DNA from: Acidobacteriota bacterium
Lineage (GTDB): Bacteria > Acidobacteriota > UBA6911 > RPQK01 > JADFOI01
DNA: 64,000 nt
NCBI GenBank assembly: GCA_963663035.1
Contig: OY760074.1
Coordinates: forward strand, 1,440,001 to 1,504,000
Direction of reading: 5' to 3'
Part shown: positions 10,233-22,617 of the stretch, one piece after another
How positions within the stretch are numbered: position 1 is the stretch's first letter
Layout of the letters: every line of letters begins with the position of its first letter
Translations under genes and position numbers: made by a program
Notes under the pieces: generated by a model
The model's input: the letters and a program-made list of their open reading frames with translations, nothing else
What the model was told of the DNA's origin: nothing
Databases searched by the model: none

Positions 10233-11499
10233 TGACCTGCCCCCACGAACGAGTCCACCCTCTATGCTAGACCCGGGACCATTTGAAGTCCACTCCAAGG
10301 GATTGGATCCAGTGCCTGCGACCTAGGTAGTTTGGCCTCTGGCGCCGGCGGCCGATAGGCCAAGGCGCTGTGAGGCCGGATCTGATTGTAATCCCTCCGC
10401 CAGCGTTCTACCAACACCTTGGCTTCCCCCAGCGTGTCGAAGATCTCCATGTTCAGCAGCTCATCCCGTAGTTTCCCGTTGAAACTCTCAATGTACCCAT
10501 TCTCCCAGGGGCTGCCCGGCTCGATGTACAAGGTCCTTACCCCAACAGCCTGCAGCCAGTCCCGGACCGCCTGTGCCGTAAACTCCGATCCGTTATCGGA
10601 CCGGATAAACTCAGGCACTCCCCGATCAACGAATAACTCCGCCAGCCGGTCCAACACGTCTTGGTGATTCATCTGCCGTTTCACATCAATGGCGAGGCAC
10701 TCTCTGGTGTACTCATCCAGGATCGTCAATAGCCGAAAGGCTCGCCCATCATGGGTCCGTTCATGCACGAAATCATAGCTCCAGACGTGGTTCTTGCGAG
10801 CCGCTCGTAACCGAACACAGGAACCGTCATTAAGCCACAGCCTCCTTCGTTTCGGCTGTCTGGACGGGACTTTCAGCCCTTCTTGTCTCCACAGCCTCTC
10901 CACCCGCTTAGGATTCACCTTCCACCCTTCCCCATGAAGTATCGCCGTGACCCGCCGGTAGCCATAACGCCCGTATTGCTTAGCCAACTCCACCATCCGG
11001 GCCACCAATCGGGCCTCATCATCGGGAATTTGCCTTTCCCTTCGCTGGGTCGATCGAACCTGTCCCAGCACTTGGCAGGCCCGACGTTCGGAGACTCGCT
11101 CTGCTCCTAATCGCTCTCGTACCCACATCACCGCTCGTCTCCTGTTCGCCGGGCCTAGAAGTTTCCCGAGGACACTTCCTTCAGGATCTGCTTGTCCAAA
11201 GACAGATCCGCCACCAGCTTCTTCAACCGGGTATTCTCCTTCTCCAACACCTTCAACCTCTTGGCCTGGTCCAACCGGAGCCCTCCGTACTCTTTGCGCC
11301 ACCGGTAGTAGGTCTGCTCGCTCACCCCCATCTGCTTCGACACCTGTCCCACCCTCTGTCCTTGGGCCAGACCCACCTCTGCCTCACGCAGCTTCATGAT
11401 GATCTGTTCTGCCCTAAACCGCTTCCCTGCCATCCTTGCCTCCTTCCTAAACCGGAAATCCTAACATTCAAACTGGACTCGTTTTAGGGGGCAAGGTCA
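10233..11499 (-). mobile_element. IS3-family insertion sequence, copy 2
   Basis: Near-identical to 7534-8800 (at least two amino-acid differences); no matching TSD (AGTC vs GACC). Confidence 0.95.
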
Positions 11500-12450
11500 G
11501 ACCTTTACTCTGTCTGCTCGTGCATGCTTAGCAACGTTGGCCAACAATTCGCGCACCGCCTGGAACAGAGTGATGCGAGCATCGTCGCTCAGCGGCTTGG
11601 ACTGCCTATCGTCCTCAAACTTGACCAAAAAGTCGTGCTCTTCTTGGATTTGTTCGCAGAGCGACTCCACTGCTCCCTCAAGACCCAGCTGGTCGAGGAG
11701 GGGAGGACTAAGCTGGAATGTCAACGACCGAGCCTCACGGATCGTCTCTCCAAGAAGGTCGTAGACTTCGTGCAGGGACTTCTTAAGCCCTCTGGAGGGT
11801 ACTGATTGTCGCAGCGTTGCTAACTTCAATCTGCTGGCAGCCAGGGTTTGGCCGATACCGTCGTGCAGGCCGGCTGCAATGCGCTGACGTTCCCTCTGCT
11901 CGGCAAATGTCAATTCGGATGCCAGAGACTTGAGTTGGTTTTGATAGGCCAGAAGCCGCTTCTCTGCCTGTTTGCGCTTCGTGATGTCACGCAGGACCGC
12001 CCTGCTGCGAACAATCCTTCCGCGGTCATCGCGAACGGCCGATATATTCAAACTCACTTCTATTTTGCTTCCATCTTTTCTTTTCAATTGAAGTTCGGTA
12101 TCACGCACCTCGCCAGTCTCGATAAACGACCGGCGCACCTGTTTTACATCCTCTAAGCAATCAGGATGATAGATATCGAAAATGTAGCGGCCGATAAGCT
12201 CTTTCCCACTGTAGCCTGTAACTGTCTCCAAAGTCCGATTACATTGGACAATTTTGCCCGTGACCACCTCCACGGAGAAAAACATATCGGGGGCGTTATG
12301 ATAGAGATCTTGATATCTGGCTTCCGAGGCTCTCAGAGCCTCCTCCGCCTGGTTACGCTCGTCTTCTGAGGCTTCAAATTCAGTAATCTGTTGGCGCAGT
12401 TCTGCCAATTCACTTATGAGCTGCTTTTTTGTCTTGTCCTCATCCTTCAT
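11497..12450 (-). pseudogene. PAS-domain HisKA_3 sensor histidine kinase truncated by IS3
   Basis: PAS, ERQRIAAGLHDGIGQ H-box, ELLANVAKHA N-box, then the ORF runs into the IS end; D/G boxes are missing. Confidence 0.88.
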
Positions 12451-13127
12451 CTTAAAGGATGATAGAGTTGTTAGCTGATAGCGCTACTTCCGCCAGGCCA
12501 ATTCCTGAGGGATATGCCTTACAGCCTATTGAAATGCCTGCCAAAAGTCAATTCCTCTTCTCCTGTTGACTGGCATCCGGAACCGAGTAGATTCCGTCCC
12601 CTTTTTAATGACTTTTATGGAACAACTTCAAAAATTCACATGGGTCATGAACTATTTTTTTCCACTTTGTTCCTGGTAAAGCAAAGCGTTGGATCCGAAA
12701 GTCAGTCATGCCGGTTGGTCGAAATTCCGCAACGGCGTTAGCCGCAGAATCGGCATGTTCACTCTTAGAGTGGGGGTTTAACTGATTTGCTGAGACTCAA
12801 CAATCAGGCTTCGCCCCTGCCCTTATCCTGCCAAATTTCCACCATAATTGTGGAAAGATAGTGAAAAATCCTTTTCAGAAACTGCTAGGTTTGTTATCAA
12901 ATCGGGCTACTTGGCACTTTGCACAGTCTTTGTGCACCTGCTCCAAACTGTTTCGGAGGAGTGCCAGGGATTACTTGGGCGGACCCGATCGTCGTCGGTG
13001 CGGCATTTCTATCTTTTTCGTGGCAAGCAGCGAGCAAAGCTGGGCCTGCCTCTCCCCTTGACATCGAGGGAATTTCTGGTAGCAGTAAATCAGACATACC
13101 GGGAGCTCGAAGCCGGGAGTTTGTGAA

Positions 13128-13895
13128 GTGACGATGCCGGGAACCGTACTTGATCGAATAAGTTACTTTGATGACATTGCACAGGAGTACGAGTGTGTTC
13201 GTGGAACTGAAATCTGGCCTTCACTGCTGCAAACGATTCGTTCCGTTGACTCCAACACTCTGCGCGTGTTGGACGTGGCGACGGGTACGGGTCTGTTCAG
13301 TGTGAGGCTGGCCGAGGAGGGTTTTCATGTACTCGGTTTGGACCAAAACCCCCACATGCTGGCTCAAGCAATACGCAAAGCCAAGCAGCAGGCCTGTTCC
13401 TTTCAGGGAGTTCTGGGCTTGGCCGAGCAACTGCCCCTGCCAGAGAGAAGTATCTCGGTGATGTTTTCAACCAATGCCATCCACCATTTTGACCTTCAGG
13501 CCCATTTCACAGAGGTGAAGCGAGTGTTAAAGCCAGGCGGCTGCTACGTCGTTTACACCCGCTTTAGAAAACAAAATGCCCGCTCCATCTGGGGGCGGCT
13601 GTTCCCCCATTTCGCTGAGAAGGAGACCCGCCTGTACAACCCGGAGGATTTCCAACGGCTCGAAGCAGAGTTTCCCGAGTTGGCACTGGAGTCCTTAGAT
13701 GAACTTTCATTCGAGAAGCCGTTTTCCCGCGATCGTCTTCTGCAGACCACGCGCCAGCGCAAATACTCGACTTTTGCGTTCTATGGTGAGGAGGAGTTTT
13801 GGCGGGCCTATGCTACATTTCGCTCGCGCCTGGAGTCCTGGAGTGACAGCTCCTACCTTGCCGAAATTGGGCGCATTGTCTTCCGATACCAGTAG
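13128..13895 (+). CDS. Class I SAM-dependent methyltransferase
   Basis: VLDVATGTG, AEQLPL, RVLKPGG. Confidence 0.88.
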   Translation: MTMPGTVLDRISYFDDIAQEYECVRGTEIWPSLLQTIRSVDSNTLRVLDVATGTGLFSVRLAEEGFHVLGLDQNPHMLAQAIRKAKQQACSFQGVLGLAEQLPLPERSISVMFSTNAIHHFDLQAHFTEVKRVLKPGGCYVVYTRFRKQNARSIWGRLFPHFAEKETRLYNPEDFQRLEAEFPELALESLDELSFEKPFSRDRLLQTTRQRKYSTFAFYGEEEFWRAYATFRSRLESWSDSSYLAEIGRIVFRYQ

Positions 13896-13998
13896 AAGTC
13901 TGAGCAACAGACTACCTGAATATTCCTTCAATTCGGGGAAATAAGCGCGGCGATTGAAGCGCCACTTCCAGACCCTGAGCCACCTCGGCCCCACACCG

Positions 13999-15555
13999 TC
14001 AGTGGAAGATGACATGGCATAAGATTAACGACGTCAGCAAGGCCGTGCCAAATCGGACCGCGCTCCGGGTTGAGAGCAGGAGCAGCTCGTCCAACGGTAT
14101 CCGCCACCCGTTTTTGAGGACAGTGGGAATGGCCACTATGGCAAACGTGAGCACGATCACCCAGCCCGAACGCACAAAGTAGTTCATTTCCTCAAAAAGC
14201 TCATTGATGAGGTAGGTCACCGCCACGCTCGACAAGAAGGTGGCGAGCACCAGCCGTTTGGACGGATTCACGAGGAAGACTGCGGCTATGACCAGGAGCA
14301 CGAAGCCGTTCTTGACGTAGTAGGAAAGCTCGTTAAACCAGTGAGTCAGGGGAAATTGGGGATTACCATATTTGACGTATACCACGACGAAGCTAAACAA
14401 CACTCCCGTGATGAGCGTCGCAATGATAGCGAGCCTTCCCGCGCGCACCATCTGCTGCTCGGTGGCATCCTGCTTCAGGTAGCGCTTGTAGATGTCGACA
14501 GACCAGAGAGTCGAGACGGAGTTGTAGATCGAATCCAGTGTGCTCATCAGCGAGGCGAACAACCCGCACAGAATGAGCCCCCGGACGCCGGCAGGGAGGA
14601 GCATATTTACCAGGGTCAGATAGGCCAGATCGGGATCGTCAAGAGGGTTCTCGCGGAGAATTCCTGCCAGCGCGATACCCGGCACAACGATGATGAGCAC
14701 CATCAAGTATTTCAGCGCGCCTCCCACCAGAAGCCCGATCTGGGCATGTCGCAGGTTCTTGGCCGCCAGCGCTCGCTGCAGGATGACTTGATTCGCACCC
14801 CAGTAGTTGAGGTTCAACAGGAACATACCAAAAAGACCCACCCAAGGCAGTGTCTCGTGATCCCGCGGGAGGTGCAAATGCATGAGATCGCCCGTGCTGG
14901 TCCAAAGGCTAGACCAACCCCCGAGATGGTGAATGGCCACCGACAGTGTGATCAGTCCCCCCACGACCAAAAGGACGAGCTGCACAATATCAGTGCGCAC
15001 AACTGCTCTCAGCCCACCTAGATACGTGTACACGGCGGAGAACACTCCGGTTGCCACGATGAGGATGCCAAGCCGCACCACCGGATCGGAGTCCAGGACT
15101 CCCACTTGGCTGCTGAAAATCCCGTCGATAGCGTAGGCCGCCCAAAACAGTGCAGTGCCAAGGTAAAGGAGTGAGTACAGGACAATCATCAGCACCGAGT
15201 AGGCCAGGGCGACCTGGGGACCCAGCTTGGCCTCAAAGAACTGGGTGATGGTGATAACCTTCATTCGCAGATAGAGCGGGACGAAGAAAAAGGCCGCAAC
15301 CAGGATACCGAAAATGGCATTGATCTCCAGGTTAGCCTGTGCCAGCCCGTAGAGGTACGCCGAGCCGGCCATGCCGATAAAGTGGTTGGCTTGGATGTTG
15401 GTGGCGATGGTCGACATGGCAATCGACGGCCACTTCAGAGAACGTGCGCTCAAGAAGTACTCTTCGACCTGGACGTCTCTACGCACCCGAGCCCGTACGC
15501 CAATGGTCATGATGATGGTGAAGTAGGCAAGGATAATGCTAACGTCCAGAATCAC
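13999..15555 (-). CDS. Sodium:solute symporter (SSS/SLC5 family)
   Basis: YFLSARSL, YTYLGGLRAVVRTD, NQVILQRALAAK, ASLMSTLDS. Confidence 0.92.
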   Translation of the reverse strand: MILDVSIILAYFTIIMTIGVRARVRRDVQVEEYFLSARSLKWPSIAMSTIATNIQANHFIGMAGSAYLYGLAQANLEINAIFGILVAAFFFVPLYLRMKVITITQFFEAKLGPQVALAYSVLMIVLYSLLYLGTALFWAAYAIDGIFSSQVGVLDSDPVVRLGILIVATGVFSAVYTYLGGLRAVVRTDIVQLVLLVVGGLITLSVAIHHLGGWSSLWTSTGDLMHLHLPRDHETLPWVGLFGMFLLNLNYWGANQVILQRALAAKNLRHAQIGLLVGGALKYLMVLIIVVPGIALAGILRENPLDDPDLAYLTLVNMLLPAGVRGLILCGLFASLMSTLDSIYNSVSTLWSVDIYKRYLKQDATEQQMVRAGRLAIIATLITGVLFSFVVVYVKYGNPQFPLTHWFNELSYYVKNGFVLLVIAAVFLVNPSKRLVLATFLSSVAVTYLINELFEEMNYFVRSGWVIVLTFAIVAIPTVLKNGWRIPLDELLLLSTRSAVRFGTALLTSLILCHVIFH

Positions 15556-15617
15556 TGCTGCGCTCCCGTCACCCGTTTCTGAAAGACCTTGGAATGGGAA
15601 ATGGTCTGGCCGACTAG

Positions 15618-17256
15618 CCGCAATTATTCATAAGTTTGGGGTGAGTGTCGATTTTCTGCGGAAGTTCAGGGCTGAGAGTGTGTTCAGGTGCGATTACAAG
15701 GCGTCCAAGCTTGTTGAGCCGAATAGAGATGAAGCGAGAGCCCCTTCCGGAAACAGCTCGGCCCGCAGGGGGCTGTATATCTGTGTTGGCGCAGGGAGTC
15801 AGGGGACCGTCAGGTGGGACACAGACGGTGCATCAGTAATGCGAAGAGCTTTTGTTCGGGATAAGACGATGCCAGGTGCACCCAGATGCGACGAGAAGTT
15901 TCCCGAACCCGGGCACCGATTTTGAACAGGCGGCGGCGGAGCGTCTCAATCTCCAGGTTGTGCCAGGGAGTCCCGCACAGGTAATCCCGCAGGCGCAGGA
16001 TTAAGACATAGGCCAGGGCGTGGATGAAGAGTCGGAACTGGTTGGCCAGGAAACGGTGGCAGCTCAAGCGATCCATGGCCAGATCTTTTTTGAAAGCTTT
16101 CACGAAGTTCTCGCACTGGCCCCGTCCGATGTAGTGGTCATACAGCTGCCCGGCCGTGAGATCCTGGCGGTTGGTGACCACAAAGCGACGGTTGAACCCG
16201 CGCTCGCTCACTTCCACCTTGGCCACCATGCGCCGCTCCCGGTCCCAACTGTCGGCCTGATAGACGAGCTCGGTGAACTGGCGTTGCTTTTCTCCTGAGT
16301 CGTCATAGTCTGCTTGCACCTGCTCAACCAAGGGCTCGACGGTGGCCGCCAGCCGGGAGTTGCGGGCAAAGCCCACCACATACTGCAGTTTTTCCTCCTC
16401 ACAGAACTCGTACAGTGCCGGCGTCGCAAAGCCACTGTCGGCTCGCACTTCGATCGGAACATCGGATCCCAGAACCTGGCGCATCCGGGCCACCACCCGT
16501 TTGAGAACCGCCACCGCGTGGGCGGCCGCCCCCTGGTTGCCGGGCCGCAGTAGCGCACATACCAGATCGCCCGTCTCGCCATCGAATAGCAGCAGCGGAT
16601 GATACATGTGCTCGCGATAATAGCCGTGGTAAAAGCTGAACTCCTGCTGCCCATGCGTGACGTCATCCGTGCTGTCGATGTCCAGGATGATCTTCTCGGG
16701 CCGGCTCTTCTTGCGGTGCTTCAAGTAGGTCTCCAGCAGCCACTGTCCCAGGCGAGTGAGATCCTTCGAGTCCACCGAGTTCTCCAGTCGCGACAGCGTG
16801 GGTTGAGAAGCCAGATCCGGATCGCTTTCCGGCAGCCGATCACACACGGTCTTGAAGATGGGATCCGAGCGCAAGCTGTCGGCATCGTTGCAGTCCTCAT
16901 AGCCGGCCACGATCTGAAAGCTGCGCTGGGTGAGCAGTTCGCGAATCTGGTGGCGGACGTAGCGGCTATCTCGAGCGTCCTTCAGGCAGGAGGCAAAGCC
17001 AGCCGTCAGTCCGTGCTGTTGATCCAGGGCGTACAGACACAGCAGCCCGGCATCGGAGGAGAGCCGGCCTCCATCGAATCGAGCCACCACTTTTCTGTCA
17101 GGGTGAGATGGCAAGTTGATCTGGCAGACTGATGCATCGCTGGGCCGTACCTTTTTGGTTTGGAGTTGTTTCATAACCCCTTTTATATCAAAGAGGTACG
17201 GCATCTTTTTGTGCCCTCGATCAGACCCCTTCTTCAGAATTTATGAATAATCCGGG
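15618..17256 (-). mobile_element. IS1380-family insertion sequence (transposase 15810-17204)
   Basis: FDGGRLSSDAG, LDIDST, RADSGF, Y..RGQCEN; IRs ccgcaattattcataa / ttatgaataatccggg; CTAG TSD at 15614-15617 and 17257-17260. Confidence 0.95.
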
Positions 17257-17852
17257 CTAGGGCTCCCCTTCCTCTTAAGTCACAGGTGTGATTTTGCTAA
17301 ATAATAAGGCTTAATGGGTTTAGAAGGCAAAATCCACTGATTCATATATTAATCCGAAGAATAGATGGATCCGTTCTTCGGAAAATATACACGCTGTGCT
17401 TCTGCAACATCGAGCGCGTCGCTCAACGTACACCGGACCAGTTCCCTCCTCCGGTGTTTCACGGGGGTGAATAATGTGTTGCTAAATTTATCACATTGTT
17501 CATTAGGCTTTGGCAGTCGCTAGAGTAAGCTGGGCAAGTTGGGATTTCAGCAGCTGTTTGCGAAGAAGTATTTCAGTTTGCAGCATTCTGTGGCTTCAGC
17601 AACAGCGGGAATCGAGGATAACAGTGAAAAGATTGTGGCGCTCGAGCAAAGGCGAAAGCCGTTGAACGAACAGGTTGATGCCCGGTCGGAACAATTGGGC
17701 GAGAGCGTTGCTCTTTTACAAAATGACATTCGGGGCTCCGTTTGTTTCTTAGAGCTTACTTTGAGCCGTCTCCTATTGTCGCAGCTCTGTTCATCTTGGA
17801 CCACCAGGCCAGCAGCCGCGGCAGCTGTCGTTGTAGAATGGTGAACAGAATC

Positions 17853-19025
17853 ATGAAGAAGTCCGGTATTGGCATCCTAACGGGTGGCGGCGATGTACCC
17901 GGTTTAAATTCGGTGATCAAGTCGGTGGTCTATGGGGCCAAACATCTTGCTCGCGAGGTCATTGGGATTCGCAGAGGCTGGCAGGGTCTCACCGATGTCA
18001 ACCTCTCTCAGCACCAGGACCCCGGGTTCATCATGCCTCTAAACAGATTGAACACTCGCAGCATTGACCGAACCGGAGGTACGGTTCTCCATACCTCCCG
18101 CACCAATCCCGCCATGATGAACAAATCCAAACTGCCTGCGCATCTTTCCGCGGAAGAGTTGCGTCCCCTCCAGGTTGACGAAGACGCCTATGATCTCACA
18201 CCGATCGTGATTCGAAATCTGGAGCAGCTTGGGATCGAGACCCTCATCGCGATCGGAGGAGATGATACACTGGGCTATGCTGCGCACCTGAGTGGCGAGG
18301 GTTTTCCCGTTATTGGCATTCCAAAGACCATGGACAACGACGTACCCGGCACGGAATACTGTATTGGCTTTTCCACTGCTATCACCAGGGCTAAAGAATT
18401 GATCACCCGCCAACGCACGACGCTGGGCTCGCATGAACGCATCGCCGTGTTTCGGATGTTCGGACGCGAGTCAGGCTTTACGGCCCTTTATACGGCCTAC
18501 GTTACGTCCACTCGCTGCCTGATACCAGAATACCCTTTTGACCTGGAGACGATCTGTCGCTTGATGGTCGAGGACAAATACAATGCTCCCAGTCGTTACT
18601 CCCTGATCGTGATTTCTGAGGGGGCCACCTGGCGAGGACAACCGAAGGCAGAGTTCGGCGAGACTGATGCCTACGGTCACCGCAAGACGGTGGACATCGG
18701 TCATGCTTTGGCGGCGGAGATTCGACGCCGAACTGGAGAGGAGACGATGACCTCCGATCTCACCTATGATCTACGCAGCGGGGATCCCGACTCACTGGAC
18801 AGTCTCGTTGCCGCGACTTTTGCCAACAACGCCATGGACCTGATCAGCAAGGGAATGACAGGTCAGATGGTCTCGGTCCGAGATGGCCGTTACCACCATA
18901 CCACCTTACCCGATCCTGCATCTCCTCCTCGTCGGGTCAACGTGGAGAGGCTCTACGACACCTCCCGCTTTCGGCCGCGCTACGACAACAAGCTAGGCTC
19001 CCCCATACTCCTTGACCACGTCTAG
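17853..19025 (+). CDS. 6-phosphofructokinase, probably PPi-dependent type
   Basis: GILTGGGDVPGLN, GGDDT (Asp signature), PKTMDND; start set at MKKSG. Confidence 0.88.
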   Translation: MKKSGIGILTGGGDVPGLNSVIKSVVYGAKHLAREVIGIRRGWQGLTDVNLSQHQDPGFIMPLNRLNTRSIDRTGGTVLHTSRTNPAMMNKSKLPAHLSAEELRPLQVDEDAYDLTPIVIRNLEQLGIETLIAIGGDDTLGYAAHLSGEGFPVIGIPKTMDNDVPGTEYCIGFSTAITRAKELITRQRTTLGSHERIAVFRMFGRESGFTALYTAYVTSTRCLIPEYPFDLETICRLMVEDKYNAPSRYSLIVISEGATWRGQPKAEFGETDAYGHRKTVDIGHALAAEIRRRTGEETMTSDLTYDLRSGDPDSLDSLVAATFANNAMDLISKGMTGQMVSVRDGRYHHTTLPDPASPPRRVNVERLYDTSRFRPRYDNKLGSPILLDHV

Positions 19026-19194
19026 GAGCTTTGTGCTCGGGTGGCTGAGGCCGCTGGGCCTTCAGTCCGGCCTGAGTTTATCTCAGCCCGGGGCTTACCG
19101 CACGCTAGCCAGAATTGTTGCAGTCCAAGGCGGAGACCGTGGGTAGCTTTCTGCCCGGGCGGTCGCCGAACCGTGCCAAGCCTCAGGGCCCACA

Positions 19195-20223
19195 TTAGGC
19201 CACTTCCTTTTCCATCGCTTCATTGTAGCTTCCGCTGCGAGCAGCCCCATTGCAGCTGGCGCGGTGGTAGAAGGCCTTTTTGGCGGCTTCGATGTTCCGG
19301 CTCTCTCCCTGCCAGGCCTCGAGAACCGGGGCCTGGAGGGCGCGGCCGAAGGAAAAGCTGAGTTCCCATGGGAGCTTGCCCATGGCATTCATGGCATTCA
19401 GATTCGTCGTGGCCTGTACGTCAGACTGCCCGCCTGAGAGAAAGACCAAGCCGGGAACAGCCGCTGGAACATGACGGAGAAAACATCGCAGAGTGGCTTC
19501 CGCGACTTCCTCTGGATGCGCCTGAATGGTGCAGTCCTTCCCAGGCAGAACCATATTGGGTTTCAATAGGATTCCTTCCAGAAGTACACCACTCTCATCC
19601 AGAGCGCCAAAGACCGCTTCCAGGGTCTTGCCGGTCTCCGTTTCACAACGGTCTATACTATGAGCTCCTTCCATCAAAACTTCGGGCTCCACAATGGGAA
19701 CCAGGCCTTCTTCCTGACAGAGGGCAGCATACCTGCCCAGAGCATGCCCGTTGCAATGAATGCAGTAGCGGGATGGAGTCTCCTCTCCAATGGCAAGAAC
19801 CGCTCTCCACTTGGCGAATCTGGCCCCCAGCTGCCGATACTCCTTCAATCGGGCTCTGAGCCCGTCCAACCCCTCAGTGATCTTCTCTCCACGGCTGAAG
19901 GGTAAGGGTGTAGTGCCCTTGTCTACCTTGATGCCTGGAATGATCCCCTGTTTCAGGAGAACATCGGTAAAGGCTTGGCCCTCCGAGGTGGTCTGTCGGA
20001 TGGTCTCATCAAACAAAATGACGCCACTGATGAACTCGTTGGACCCGGAAGTGGTGAAAAAGATTTCGCGATAGGCTCGACGACGGTCCGTCGTAGAAGC
20101 CACATCGATCGTCTTGAACCGTTTTTCAATGGTGCTGAAGCTCTCGTCGGCTGCCAGGATACCCTTGTTCGGGGCTACCAGGGCCCGGGCCGTCTCTCTC
20201 AATGTATTTCCGTATTCGTACAT
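19195..20223 (-). CDS. Class I fructose-bisphosphate aldolase
   Basis: KGILAADES, GIKVDKG, FAKWR, VPIVEPEV, LLKPNMV, FLSGGQS, FSFGRALQ. Confidence 0.95.
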   Translation of the reverse strand: MYEYGNTLRETARALVAPNKGILAADESFSTIEKRFKTIDVASTTDRRRAYREIFFTTSGSNEFISGVILFDETIRQTTSEGQAFTDVLLKQGIIPGIKVDKGTTPLPFSRGEKITEGLDGLRARLKEYRQLGARFAKWRAVLAIGEETPSRYCIHCNGHALGRYAALCQEEGLVPIVEPEVLMEGAHSIDRCETETGKTLEAVFGALDESGVLLEGILLKPNMVLPGKDCTIQAHPEEVAEATLRCFLRHVPAAVPGLVFLSGGQSDVQATTNLNAMNAMGKLPWELSFSFGRALQAPVLEAWQGESRNIEAAKKAFYHRASCNGAARSGSYNEAMEKEVA

Positions 20224-20449
20224 TAGAACACCCCATTTGTTGCCGCTGTTGACAACCTCATTTAAGGAAATCCAGAGCTGCGGGTCAACCATGAACCACA
20301 CAGGTCATAGGTTCTTGACGTTTTTGGAGTCCAGACGATGGCAATACCCTATCCAAACGAGAGATAGGTTGAAAGACTCTTCAGATTCCGGTATTTCGGG
20401 TCGTACGAATAGCCAACCGTCTGACCATCCTAATTCGAAAATGGTGTCT

Positions 20450-20752
20450 TCAATCATCTTTTACACGTACTAAGATCTTTTGTCGCAGGGTCTCAAATTG
20501 CCTCACCCACTCTTGAGAATTTTCATCTGTTGATTTCCGAAATTTAGGGTACTCCGTTTTCAAAATTTCATAGAAGTCGTTTTGAACTGTGCGGAGGTTG
20601 ACTTCGAAGGGAAGAGTTTGCATAAGATTTGCAACTCCGTTTAATTGCTTAACAAGAGGCAGGTTAGCTGGATTATTTCTCAGTTCGTTCATCATCCACT
20701 CAAAAGCCTGTGTGAAGCTGAAACTTAAACTAGCTGTATCGAAGGGGATGTT
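20450..20752 (-). pseudogene. C-terminal remnant of a DUF3536/GH57-type protein cut by IS256
   Basis: LPFEVNLRTVQNDFYEIL...WVRQFETL resembles DUF3536 C-termini; the frame is open up to the IS end. Confidence 0.55.
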
Positions 20753-22132
20753 GAGCTACCCTCAAAAGGTGTGTAAATAGCACAGGCGGTGATTATCCTT
20801 CCGGGTGAAAATAAAAACCCGGGCGGAAGAGCCCGAAAGGAAGGAGTCACACCGCCATGAGCAAGAAGAACATTGATCACAGTGTGGAGTCAAGAGTCTG
20901 CTTTGAACAGCTGGAAGAGTGGGTGCGAGAGCAGATCCAGTTTTACGTACAGGAACTGCTGGAGGATGAAGTGACACAGCTGCTGGGACGAAGAAAGAAT
21001 GAGCGTCGCCGAGAAGTGGACGCCTCCGGTGGCTATCGCAACGGCTACGGCAAGGAGCGGCGACTGACGATGAGTTGCGGAACGATCAAGCTGCGGCGTC
21101 CCCGAGTGCGGGATCTGGAAGAGCGTTTTGAGAGCCGGGTCTTGCCGCTGTTTGCCAAGCGAACGCGAGAGGTACGAGACTTGATTCCAGAACTCTATTT
21201 ACATGGTCTGGCCGAGGGGGATTTCGATCTGGCCTTGAGAGGGCTTTTAGGGGAAGAAGCGCCGCTGTCCCCCAGCACCGTAGCCCGGTTGAAACAGAAG
21301 TGGCAGGGAGAAATGGAGGCCTGGCAGAGCCGTCGGCTGGATGATCTGGAAGTCGTGTATTTGTGGGCGGACGGCGTGTACATCAAAGCAGGGCTGGAGA
21401 AGGAGAAGGCCGTGATTCTGGTAGTGATCGCCGCTTTAAGTGATGGCACTAAAGTGGTGGTGTCCGTCAGTAGTGGTTATCGAGAATCGACCCAGAGCTG
21501 GTCCGAAGTGCTGCGGGATCTCAAAGAGCGGGGGATGAACCCACCCCGTCTGGTGATCGCTGACGGGCATCTGGGGATCTGGGGAGCGTTGCGCAACGTG
21601 TTCCCAGAAGCCGACGAGCAGAGATGCTGGAATCATCGCATCGTCAACTTGCTGGCCAAGATCCCCAAGAGTCGGCACAAAGCGGCCTTGTTGATGTTGC
21701 GGCAGATCCCTTATGCAGAAACACGGCAGGAAGCCGAGCGAGTCAAAGGACGATTCCAACATTGGTGTAGCAAGAGAGGCCTGGAGGCAGCGGCTGATCT
21801 GATCGACCAGGACTGGGAGCGGATGGTGACGTTTTACAACTATCCCAAACAGCAGTGGCAACATCTGCGGACTACCAACCCAGTGGAGTCTCCCTTCTCT
21901 GCTCTGCGACTGCGAACCGATGCTGCTCGAAGGTTCAAGAAAGTGGCCAACGCACGGGCTGTCATCTGGAAGATGCTGCTGGTCGCTGAGAAGAGATTTC
22001 GCCGTTTGAAGGCTCCCCACTTGATGAAGGATGTCTACCAAGGAGCCCAATATGTCAATGGAGTTCCAGTCAACCCAGTCACCCAGGAGAAAGCCGCCTG
22101 ATGTCTATTTACACACTTATTGACGGAACCTC
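20753..22132 (+). mobile_element. IS256-family insertion sequence, copy 1 (transposase 20857-22101)
   Basis: YRNGY, WADG, IADG, QRCWNH, LRTTNPVES; IRs gagctaccctcaaaaggtgtgtaaatag / ctatttacacacttattgacggaacctc; no TSD. Confidence 0.95.
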
Positions 22133-22156
22133 CTGTTTGAGTGCTAATCGACCTAA

Positions 22157-22573
22157 TTAGCTCACAGCAAATGATTGGGGCCGAATCTGCAACTCAGACA
22201 ACTTTCTGACTACTTCTTCCAGTTGCTTGCGATCACGGCGGATCCGGAGATATTTGAGGATTCTCCAGGAACCTATGTTTAAGATCTCACAAACCCAGTT
22301 AAAGCTTCCTGGAGTGGTTTCCTCACAAAAGAACCATTCCTGAGCATCCCTTTGCCATCTCTCCCAATTTTTTCTGTTTTCCTTTCCAGACTTGCTGGGA
22401 GCCCGAAGATCCCGGAGTGCCTGAAGTAAAATGGCAAGAGCCAGTTTTTTTACAGATGGCTCTAGCTTTTTCTCCCGGCCGTAACGCCCTGGGCTTGTGA
22501 GTTTTAGATGTTCAACATATGTGATTAACATCGCTTTGCTGATTCTTGACCTCCAGCCCATTAGATCGAACAA
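22157..22573 (-). CDS. Hypothetical protein (LAILLQALRDL...DAQEWF...SFNWVCEIL)
   Basis: 138-aa ORF; start uncertain; motif resembles small phage-associated proteins (inference). Confidence 0.55.
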   Translation of the reverse strand: MFDLMGWRSRISKAMLITYVEHLKLTSPGRYGREKKLEPSVKKLALAILLQALRDLRAPSKSGKENRKNWERWQRDAQEWFFCEETTPGSFNWVCEILNIGSWRILKYLRIRRDRKQLEEVVRKLSELQIRPQSFAVS

Positions 22574-22617
22574 GTGAGACTGCTTTGTGCGAACGCTCTA
22601 GTGCTAAGGACCTTCTG

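Noticed and set aside
7534-11499. Composite transposon formed by the two direct IS3 copies
   Set aside because: Outer flanks (ACGC vs GACC) do not match, and copy 1 has its own TSD.
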